Counted from the stretch's first letter, positions 27,428 through 34,912 are shown. The stretch: 64,000 bases of DNA from Opitutales bacterium (GCA_028280845.1 JANQKZ010000044.1:12359-76358); one strand, 5' to 3'. Notes: generated from the letters alone by a model not told the origin. A program made the numbers and translations.

Positions 27428-28045
27428 TCACCCCCCCGGATTACTCTGCGCCAACAACTCCTGTTGCCGTTTAAGTTCTTCAATCTTACGGTCTAATTCA
27501 TCGAGTTTTTTCTCGGCCTCATCGAGGGAGGCGGTGCTGGCCAACTCCGCTTGAATCGTAGCCAGCTCAGCCTCTAATTCGGCTATCCGGGCATTCGCGG
27601 TCGCCAGCTTTTCCCGATCGCTCACTCCGGTCGAAGCAGGAGTCTCGTCCTTGGGACGCTGGGCCGACGCCCGCTGAGAGTCCGTGAGCGGAGTCTCAGC
27701 ATAGGCTCCATCAGCAATTTCTCGCGCAATCTCGGCCTTCCTCTGTTCCTCTGCCCGCCGGATCCGCTCTTCCTGCAGGGCGATCTCCTGCATTTGCTGA
27801 GCTTCCTCTTCTTTGTCCTTTTCATGACCAATGGCAGCCCCAATCCCCGCCCCAACAGCAGCTCCGATCGCCGCGCCGGACCCGCGCTCATCCACTTGGT
27901 GCCCGACAACGGTTCCCAAGGCCGCGCCGGCCAGGGCGCCCCATCCGGCCCCGCGGGTCGCATTGGAATTGGTTTCGCATCCGGTGAACAAAATTAAGGC
28001 AAATAACAGGCTTACTGTCAGAAACTTAGGAGATAACGATGTCAT
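27428..28045 (-). CDS. Lipoprotein with glycine-zipper segment and C-terminal coiled coil
   Basis: Lipobox LFTGC, glycine zippers (GAGWGALAGAALGTVVG, GAAIGAAVGAGIGAAIG), and then a charged coiled coil (RIAELEAELATIQAELAS...). Confidence 0.7.
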   Translation of the reverse strand: MTSLSPKFLTVSLLFALILFTGCETNSNATRGAGWGALAGAALGTVVGHQVDERGSGAAIGAAVGAGIGAAIGHEKDKEEEAQQMQEIALQEERIRRAEEQRKAEIAREIADGAYAETPLTDSQRASAQRPKDETPASTGVSDREKLATANARIAELEAELATIQAELASTASLDEAEKKLDELDRKIEELKRQQELLAQSNPGG

Positions 28046-28129
28046 GGTGGGTATCTATGCCAATTAAACGATTGTTGGTTGAAATAGTTGTAAGACTTTC
28101 TACCTTTTTGACCACATTTCTAATAAAAA

Positions 28130-28615
28130 GTGGCCTATCCAACTCAATTTCTTGTAAACGCCCTCCGGACAACCGCTGACCGATTGGAATCGGGAGATAA
28201 GTATATGTGGGCGCACATGGGCAGATGCAACTGCGGGCACCTGGCTCAAACCCTGACCGGTCTGTCTGCTGAGGAAATTCACAAAAGAGCCCTCCAGCGT
28301 TACGGCGATTGGACCGAACAATCTGAGCACTTCGAACCCTACTGCCCCCATACCGGATTTAACATCGACTATGTGATGGATTCCCTCATTGAGGCGGGGT
28401 TAAGCCCCACGGATATTCGGGAACTCGAACACCTCTCCAATCGTGATGTGCTGAAGCGGCTCAGCGGTGGTTTTCGCTATTTAAAGCGCAACTCCCGCGA
28501 TGATGTGATTCTGTATTTGAGAACGTGGGCCGTCACCCTTGAGGAAAAAATCCAAGCCGAATCACCCGCCACAATCCTGCCCTCGAAATCTCCTGAAATA
28601 TTCGTTAATGCGTAA
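28130..28615 (+). CDS. Hypothetical protein (161 aa)
   Basis: Clean ORF with normal composition and a Cys/His-containing block HMGRCNCGHLAQ...YCPHTG. I recognise no family. The GTG start is uncertain. Confidence 0.45.
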   Translation: MAYPTQFLVNALRTTADRLESGDKYMWAHMGRCNCGHLAQTLTGLSAEEIHKRALQRYGDWTEQSEHFEPYCPHTGFNIDYVMDSLIEAGLSPTDIRELEHLSNRDVLKRLSGGFRYLKRNSRDDVILYLRTWAVTLEEKIQAESPATILPSKSPEIFVNA

Positions 28616-28654
28616 TCCCGTTGCCTTGGCCCTGGTAGTTTCCAGAATAGGTGC

Positions 28655-29683
28655 GTGAAACGCAGAACATTCATCCGGGCAGCAGGGGTCGGGTTGGGGA
28701 TGGCGGCCCCCCGCCTCCTTCATGGCAAGACAGTATCCGTCGAACGGGATACACCCGTTCCGCGGATTCTCCGGACCGTGGCCGGAAAAGTGGAGTGTCT
28801 CCAGATGGGGCCGGCACTGACCCACGAGCATGTCCTCGTCGATTTCGTTGGTGCGGACCAAGTCAAACCGCGTCGCTACGATCCCACGCAAGCTGCCGAA
28901 ACCATCCTACCCCATTTGAAAGCAGCCTATCTTCAGGGGTTCCGAACCCTATTCGAGTGCACCCCGGATTTTATCGGCCGAGATCCTGAATTACTCCTCC
29001 ACCTGAGCGAACTCACCCAATTGCATATCGTGACCAATACGGGATTGTATGGGGCCGCCAATGATAAATTCATCCCGGACTACGCGTGGAAAGCAAGCGA
29101 TAAGCAGTTGGCCACTCGATGGATCCACGAGGCCCGGCATGGAATTGAAGAGACGGGGATTCGCCCTGGATTTATCAAATCAGGCGTAGACCGCGACCCC
29201 CTGCTGTCAGTGATCGACCATAAATTGGTTCGGGCCTCCATTCGAACTCACTTGGAAACAGGTCTGCCGGTAGCGATTCACACGGGGGCCGGCCCCGGAC
29301 TCCAGATAATGAAAGACTTCGAAATGCAGGGGGCCCACCCCTCTGCCTTCATTTGGGTCCATGCGCAAAATGCGGAAATCGATAAACTCGTTCAGGCCGC
29401 CGAGCGTGGCGCGTGGATTTCCCTCGACGGCCTGCGGGAGCGGTCGGCGGACAACCATCTTTCCAAATGCCAGGCCTTAAAGGAAAGGGATCACCTCAAC
29501 CAAATCCTCCTGTCCCACGATGCGGGGTGGGTCGACCCGGAGAATCCGGATAGACCATACCGGGGCTATGCCTTTCTCCACAGCCAGTTCATTCCGAAGC
29601 TGCTGCAAAACGGGTTTACAGAAAAAGACGTCCACACTCTGTTAGTCAGCAATCCGGCTCAAGCCTTTGGCCAGCCGGCTTGA
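28655..29683 (+). CDS. Phosphotriesterase-family (amidohydrolase-fold) protein with Tat-type signal
   Basis: Twin-arginine leader MKRRTFIRAAGVGLGMAAP, the HxH metal motif in ALTHEHVLVDF, and later His/Asp ligand contexts (VAIHTG, WVHAQN, LLSHDAG). Confidence 0.7.
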   Translation: MKRRTFIRAAGVGLGMAAPRLLHGKTVSVERDTPVPRILRTVAGKVECLQMGPALTHEHVLVDFVGADQVKPRRYDPTQAAETILPHLKAAYLQGFRTLFECTPDFIGRDPELLLHLSELTQLHIVTNTGLYGAANDKFIPDYAWKASDKQLATRWIHEARHGIEETGIRPGFIKSGVDRDPLLSVIDHKLVRASIRTHLETGLPVAIHTGAGPGLQIMKDFEMQGAHPSAFIWVHAQNAEIDKLVQAAERGAWISLDGLRERSADNHLSKCQALKERDHLNQILLSHDAGWVDPENPDRPYRGYAFLHSQFIPKLLQNGFTEKDVHTLLVSNPAQAFGQPA

Positions 29684-29764
29684 TTCCGGGAAGCGGGCGG
29701 AGGCGGAACGCCCTCGGCCCGCCACAAGGACCGCCTCAGGAAAAAATCGATGCCCTTATTGACT

Positions 29765-30550
29765 TCACTCAGGGGCTTTTCCGCCCGTCTCAACTTCCTC
29801 CAGTTCGCCCATTTCGACATCTCCAACGGAAACGGGAATCCTCGTGAAAGAATCTGCCGTTTTGCGCCCCACATGCGCAGCTCCTGCCTGAGACAAAACC
29901 GGGAGAACCTCTGCAAAGGATCCCCGATTGATGGGCAGGCTGTATTTGGTCACAAACTTTAACGGGCTGGGTTCCCACTGTTGGTTTTTGACCTGTTGCA
30001 TATCAAATCCCAGGAGAACGAAAAAATAGTTTTCCGACGCTAACCGGCGCAATTTCTCGTCATCCCGAAATGGAGTAAGTTTCAGACTCAAATCCTGAAC
30101 ACCGAGCAGCCGGGCATTACGCAACTCACTTTCCCTGCGCTGGGTGGAAACAGTGGCATTCTCATCCTCGTCTGAATAAAACACATTCTCCTCATCCACC
30201 CAGGTCATTCCCCAGTTTACCACGATGGCCAGGTCCGCTTCCAACGGGTCCGCAATTAAGATATACCCGGCGGCTGCGAGATGGGGCCGCAAGGTATCAC
30301 AAATCGTTTGGAAGGGAACCGCTTCAAAGGCCGAATCTTCTCCATGCCCCGGATAAAACACACCCCGTGAAAACACATAAGTAATGGGATCCTTCAGGGA
30401 CCCATTCGGAAGGTAATGGTCGGATTCAAAAGTAGAATCCGCCCAGCCACTCGCCAGTACCTTGGCCGAAGGTTCCTTGCATCCAGTCAACCCCATACCC
30501 AGGGAAGCCATCGCTACCCCAATCATCATGCGCTTAGGTAAGGAGTGCAT
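29765..30550 (-). CDS. Hypothetical lipoprotein (261 aa)
   Basis: Signal plus lipobox (MIGVAMASLGMGLTGC). I recognise no family. Confidence 0.5.
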   Translation of the reverse strand: MHSLPKRMMIGVAMASLGMGLTGCKEPSAKVLASGWADSTFESDHYLPNGSLKDPITYVFSRGVFYPGHGEDSAFEAVPFQTICDTLRPHLAAAGYILIADPLEADLAIVVNWGMTWVDEENVFYSDEDENATVSTQRRESELRNARLLGVQDLSLKLTPFRDDEKLRRLASENYFFVLLGFDMQQVKNQQWEPSPLKFVTKYSLPINRGSFAEVLPVLSQAGAAHVGRKTADSFTRIPVSVGDVEMGELEEVETGGKAPE

Positions 30551-30654
30551 TCCCCAAGCCTACCGATGGAATTTCATTTGAAAACAGGATTTCCAGTGGC
30601 CGTTCAGCCGCGCCTACGGACCTGATCTCAGGGAAATCCCTAAAGCCGGTTGAC

Positions 30655-31650
30655 CTACCGGGGGTAAACTGTCTTCCAGTCTCGCTTCATATCCACGATG
30701 AGCCACCCACGCTGATCCGCCTCGTCCAGTCCTCGGGCAAGCTTTCCGACATGAGAGTCCCGGTCGTAGGCCCATTCGCGCTCCGCATCGGTATGGTGAA
30801 TCAGCAAGCCAAAGCGGGGCCCCGCTCCGGCCATGGTCCATTCAAGCATCTCGAAATCGCCGTCCGAGTTACCCGCCGCGAATATCGGGCGCCGCCCGAT
30901 ATGCTGATGGATACCCACCGGCTTGCCTTCCTTATCATCAATGAAATTGATTTCCGGGAGCTTGACGATGACCGGCTTGCCCTCGCGCACCTGGTACTCC
31001 GCCTTGAGGCTGGTGCCCACCACCTGCTCAGGCGGAATGCCATAGGTGTCCTCAGCAAAGACACGCAGGAAATCGGTTCCACCGCCCGAGACAATGAAGG
31101 TCTTGAATCCATGGGCGCGCAAGTATTCGAGCAATTCCAGCATCGGTTGAAACACCATCTCGTTGTAGGGCCTGCTCGTCCGGGGGTGGCGGGCCGAGGC
31201 CAGCCAATTTCGGACGCTGGCCCTGAATTCCTCGACGGTCATGCCGGAGTGGGTGGCCATGATGAGCTCACCAAGGGACTGATGTCCGCCGGCCAGAGCC
31301 GATTTCACATCACCCTCCAGCACGGACTTGAAGGGGTCCTTATCCTTCCAGTCGGGATGCTGCGGAGCGAGTGCCTTCACCCGGTCAAAGGCGTAAATGG
31401 CCTGGAAATACATCGGCTGTTCCGACCAGAGGCAACCGTCGTTGTCGAAGACGGCAATCCGCTGTTCACGGGGCACGAAATCCGGGGAGCCATCCGTACA
31501 GGTCCTTTCCACGAATGCCACAATAGCAGATCTGGAATTGCCATCGTTCCATGACGGCAATGGACGAGCGGCCCAAATCTGGGTGAAAGAAAAGCAGATG
31601 AGGATGACGAAATAATGAAGGCGCATAAGAGGATCGGAGATAATTCCCAT
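30655..31650 (-). CDS. Secreted HAD-superfamily hydrolase (phosphatase-like)
   Basis: HAD motif I VFDNDGCLW, motif II FIVSGGG, and motif IV GNSDGDFEML, with an N-terminal signal-like segment. The start is either 31650 or the ATG at 31626. Confidence 0.7.
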   Translation of the reverse strand: MGIISDPLMRLHYFVILICFSFTQIWAARPLPSWNDGNSRSAIVAFVERTCTDGSPDFVPREQRIAVFDNDGCLWSEQPMYFQAIYAFDRVKALAPQHPDWKDKDPFKSVLEGDVKSALAGGHQSLGELIMATHSGMTVEEFRASVRNWLASARHPRTSRPYNEMVFQPMLELLEYLRAHGFKTFIVSGGGTDFLRVFAEDTYGIPPEQVVGTSLKAEYQVREGKPVIVKLPEINFIDDKEGKPVGIHQHIGRRPIFAAGNSDGDFEMLEWTMAGAGPRFGLLIHHTDAEREWAYDRDSHVGKLARGLDEADQRGWLIVDMKRDWKTVYPR

Positions 31651-31688
31651 ATGCTATGTCGCTGCACTCAGAATGGAATCGAAAAGAG

Positions 31689-31822
31689 TTCCCCTCGCCT
31701 CCAACCGTATTCCGACTTCTGGCTTCCGACCTCCGCCTTCTGTCCTCCGACTTCCGGTCAGTCCCCATCGTTCAATGAAGAGTGCCAGGCCACAGGCAAC
31801 ATGTCGCGCCGCGGTTTCCTAA
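31689..31822 (+). pseudogene. Degenerate duplicate of the tRNA-Arg(CCT) leader and 5' half (tRNA remnant 31761-31822)
   Basis: It aligns by eye with 34819-34950. Shared blocks are ccTCCAACCG-ATTCCGA, TCCGAC-type short repeats, GTCCCCAT-GTTCAATG (acceptor/D arm) and CCGCGGTTTCCTAA (anticodon stem-loop). An extra ~24 nt is inserted and no 3' half is present. Confidence 0.75.
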
Positions 31823-32039
31823 CACGACCCGGCACTTTTTTCAGGAATTCTCCTGGGTGCGCAGGAGTCTTTAAATCAACGGGTTACGGAATATTTTTGA
31901 GACTAAAAAATCGTCCTGAATCTCCCTAAATCGCCCCTTTTTTTCAAGTCGGGTTACATTTTTAATTGTTTTACAATGTGTCTCTTTCAAATACTCTAAT
32001 CCTAAGCCGGATAAAATTTAAGCTTTCTACCTAGTTGAT

Positions 32040-32729
32040 ATGGTACAAACCGAAATTAAGGAGGAAATGGACTCTATTGTAATTTTGGGTCGATGGAATC
32101 CTGCTATTTTTCATCCCAGTTGGTTTGAAAAAAATAACCTTATAAAAGCCTCCGAAGCAGATGCCGCAATTAAAGGTCTAGAGGTAATTACAGGGGAATT
32201 CTCAAGGTTTCGCCTTCCGTGGGTGGAAATTTCCATTACCCGAGAGCGGCTGGCCTTTAACTGCCTTGTTCCCGAACATTTCAAGCAAGTATCAGAACTC
32301 GCCGTTGGAGTCCTTACCCTTTTAAGAGAAACACCATTAAGAGCCCTTGGAATAAATAAGTCCCGGCACGTATCAGTTGGAAATGCTGAAAATTGGCACC
32401 ATTTTGGACATACTGTTGCTCCCAAAGAGGTTTTTACAGATGTCTTATTTAAAAAGGATGAAGAAAAGCCGGGTTTGATGGCTCTTAAAATACGCACAAA
32501 AAGGGAAAACTTTGATTACCAGGATTTGACCATTGAACCTTCAAACAAGTATCCTGTCTCATTGCACTTTAGTTTTAACGACCATTTTCAACTCAATAAT
32601 AAGGAGGAAGATTCTAATGAGTTTTCTCCAAAGGCTATTGAGATTATTGAAAGCCAAGCTGTCAGAGTAATTGAAGCTGACTCCAATATTATCCAACAAC
32701 TTTTGACAAAAGTTTATGCCAACAACTGA
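32040..32729 (+). CDS. Hypothetical protein A of the low-GC cassette (229 aa)
   Basis: Long ORF in an AT-rich islet. It overlaps the next gene by 14 nt. I recognise no domain with confidence; there is a vague resemblance to TIGR04255-like proteins, from memory only. Confidence 0.55.
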   Translation: MVQTEIKEEMDSIVILGRWNPAIFHPSWFEKNNLIKASEADAAIKGLEVITGEFSRFRLPWVEISITRERLAFNCLVPEHFKQVSELAVGVLTLLRETPLRALGINKSRHVSVGNAENWHHFGHTVAPKEVFTDVLFKKDEEKPGLMALKIRTKRENFDYQDLTIEPSNKYPVSLHFSFNDHFQLNNKEEDSNEFSPKAIEIIESQAVRVIEADSNIIQQLLTKVYANN

Positions 32730-33300
32730 AAATTTCCTTCAAGACCCCTTAGATAAACGTGTAGTCTCTATTCAAAATCGACTTAAGAAAGGGATTTCCA
32801 TCCCTCTGGGGCCCGAAGAAACAAAAGACTTCCAATCCTTTCAGCTTGGAACCTTCAGTTTATCTTCACATCAATTTGAAAGGGCATTTGAGGGAATCGA
32901 GGCAGAGGATATAAAAGAAGATGAATATGATTTCGGTCTTTCATCAGAAATGAAACCTACAGATTCCTTAGGTTTTGATTCCGTTAAATGGATTGACTCT
33001 TTTGAGGGTTTCGTTCGGGAGGTTGACGAAGAAACTTTTACTGCTGAACTACATAGTTTTAAACATGATTCAGCACAGATTTCAGTTGAGCTAATAAAGT
33101 CAGATGTCGATGAATCTGACAAACCACTTATCCAAGTTGGCGCGCCCTTTTATCTATACGTGGGATACACTTTCAACTCAGGCATGAAATGCCGATCAAG
33201 TGCAATCTATTTTAAACGAACAGCTCCAATAAGCGAGCTGGACATCCAAAAAGTCGAAAGAGAAGCAACAGAATTTCTAAAGTCTATATCTGTTGAGTAA
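32716..33300 (+). CDS. Hypothetical protein B of the low-GC cassette (194 aa)
   Basis: The ATG lies inside the end of gene A. The protein is acidic with no recognisable motif. Its stop TAA (33298-33300) directly abuts the start of gene C. Confidence 0.55.
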   Translation: MPTTENFLQDPLDKRVVSIQNRLKKGISIPLGPEETKDFQSFQLGTFSLSSHQFERAFEGIEAEDIKEDEYDFGLSSEMKPTDSLGFDSVKWIDSFEGFVREVDEETFTAELHSFKHDSAQISVELIKSDVDESDKPLIQVGAPFYLYVGYTFNSGMKCRSSAIYFKRTAPISELDIQKVEREATEFLKSISVE

Positions 33301-34401
33301 TTGAAATTAAATCTCCCAAATTTAGACCAATTTGAAGTCGTTGTTTTTGGAAGGCAAATTGGGGAATGCATTCTTATCCATTCAAAATCAAAATGGATAA
33401 TTATTGACAGTGCTTTAGAAAGGTTAACAAAGCGACCATTTCCTTTGGCCTATTTTGAATCGATAGGGGCTAGCCCAAGTGATATTCAACTAATTATCGC
33501 CACACATTGGCACGACGACCATATTAAAGGGATATCAGATTTACTTGGTAATGCGGAAAATGCTCAATTCCTCACAACAAGATGCATTTTTGATAAACCT
33601 TTTTATAGACTTGCATTACATGCCAAGAAGTATTCCGGCCCCTCTGGCTCAGGGTTAGATGAATTTCGTGAGGTCGCCAAAATATTAGAGCAAAGGAATC
33701 AACCCTTCCTGCAAGGAGCTGAAGGGATTGTAAAAAGGTTTCCCAGTTTAGATTTAGAATTAACTTGTCTATCCCCCTCCAATTTCGCCTGCCAGAGAGC
33801 TTCAGCAGAGATTGCAAATTTAATCCCAATTGAAGGCTGTCGTTTTAATCGGGTGAAGTCAGTTAGTCCAAATGATATGTCTGTAGCGACCTGGATTTCT
33901 TGGAACGGACGAAATATTTGTTTAGGGGCAGACTTGGAAAACATATCTAAAGCCGGAGAGGGCTGGAATGCGGTCTGTTCATTCCTAAAATCGCAGGCTC
34001 CCAATGAGAAAGCTGAAATTTTGAAAGTCCCGCACCACGGGTCAATAACCGGGTGGAACGATACATTCTGGAAGGACCACTTTAGCTCAGATTTTGCGGT
34101 TGTAACGGCTTATACGAGACAGTCGGAACCACTTCCAAAAAGGGAAGATGTAGAAAGAATGGCTTCTTATTCTAAGAGATTAATAGCAACCACGGACCCA
34201 AAACCTTCAAAACTTAGAGGGTTTGAAAATTCTACCTTAAGGCAACTTAAGGATATAACGAATTGGGTTCATGATTTGGGGCAGAAGGAAGGCTTGGTTA
34301 GATTCCGAATCTCTTCTAATGAAACTGAGTGGCAGGTTGATAAGTGGCAAAATTGCGTAGAGGTATCTAAAGACTTTGGCAATATAAAGGACTGGTACTG
34401 A
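33301..34401 (+). CDS. Stand-alone metallo-beta-lactamase-fold hydrolase, ComEC/Rec2-C-terminal-like (candidate nuclease)
   Basis: MBL motifs appear in order: IIIDSA, THWHDDH (HxHxDH), NDMSVATWISWNGRNICLGADLE, and LKVPHHGS. No TM or competence domain is present. It has a TTG start at 33301. Confidence 0.7.
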   Translation: MKLNLPNLDQFEVVVFGRQIGECILIHSKSKWIIIDSALERLTKRPFPLAYFESIGASPSDIQLIIATHWHDDHIKGISDLLGNAENAQFLTTRCIFDKPFYRLALHAKKYSGPSGSGLDEFREVAKILEQRNQPFLQGAEGIVKRFPSLDLELTCLSPSNFACQRASAEIANLIPIEGCRFNRVKSVSPNDMSVATWISWNGRNICLGADLENISKAGEGWNAVCSFLKSQAPNEKAEILKVPHHGSITGWNDTFWKDHFSSDFAVVTAYTRQSEPLPKREDVERMASYSKRLIATTDPKPSKLRGFENSTLRQLKDITNWVHDLGQKEGLVRFRISSNETEWQVDKWQNCVEVSKDFGNIKDWY

Positions 34402-34440
34402 TGTCTGGGACAGTTATTGTGCAAAGTAAACAAGGAAAAG

Positions 34441-34478
34441 AAAAGGGCGGGCCCGCTTGCGCGGCACCCGCTCCTTTT
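34441..34478. terminator. Bidirectional terminator-like hairpin between convergent genes
   Basis: Sequence AAAA-GGGCGGG-(15 nt loop)-CCCGCTC-C-TTTT. The loop contains the palindrome GCGGGCCCGC. Confidence 0.5.
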
Positions 34479-34497
34479 CATAGTCCCAGCGTGGGAA

Positions 34498-34803
34498 TCA
34501 GGATACGATAACAAACTCTTGGATAATGAATTGCTCGTTGTAGGTCTTGAATCGGAGGATTCTGAGAAAGATGTCCTTAAACTCTTCGAGTTTGGGGTAT
34601 TCCTTCACCTCTTCCCCAACCACTTTAACTTCAGAATCCTGAGCCGGGTCGAAGTATTGCTTCATGACGGCAAGGCCTGGCTTGAGGGCAATTTCATTCC
34701 TCACCCGAACCCAGCGGGAGCCATCTTTGTGGACACCGGTTGAGGCCTGGGACGAAGTGGGGAAGATCAGGAGATAACCCACATTTTCCCGTTTCCACCC
34801 CAT
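34498..34803 (-). CDS. Hypothetical protein (101 aa)
   Basis: ORF lying between the cassette terminator and the tRNA leader. Its GC content is intermediate and I recognise no family. It could be a gene fragment. Confidence 0.35.
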   Translation of the reverse strand: MGWKRENVGYLLIFPTSSQASTGVHKDGSRWVRVRNEIALKPGLAVMKQYFDPAQDSEVKVVGEEVKEYPKLEEFKDIFLRILRFKTYNEQFIIQEFVIVS

Positions 34804-34839
34804 TGAATACTCACAGCCTTTCCCCTTGCCTCCAACCGC

Positions 34840-34911
34840 ATTCCGATTTCAGATTTCCAACCTCTGACTTCCGACCTCCGATCTCCGATCTCCGTCTTCC
34901 GACTTCCGACC
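34840..34911 (+). repeat. Imperfect short tandem repeat (TCCGAY / CTCCGAT units) in the tRNA leader
   Basis: Sequence ...tttccaacctctgacTTCCGACCTCCGATCTCCGATCTCCGTCTTCCGACTTCCGACc. A shorter, diverged version lies at about 31710-31759. Confidence 0.7.
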
Positions 34912-34912
34912 A

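Noticed and set aside
31615-31929. A 104-aa ORF here and a 60-aa ORF at 34740..34922, with similar PTSDF/PTSG peptides.
   Set aside because: Both are translations of the duplicated tRNA leader and the TCCGAC micro-repeat, and both run into the tRNA or its remnant. The similarity is explained at the DNA level, not by coding.
31823-34818. An integrase, transposase, or inverted repeats defining the islet as an autonomous mobile element.
   Set aside because: None of the four ORFs shows tyrosine- or serine-recombinase or DDE motifs, and I saw no terminal inverted repeats. The islet is therefore reported as an acquired cassette and scar, not as a mobile element.
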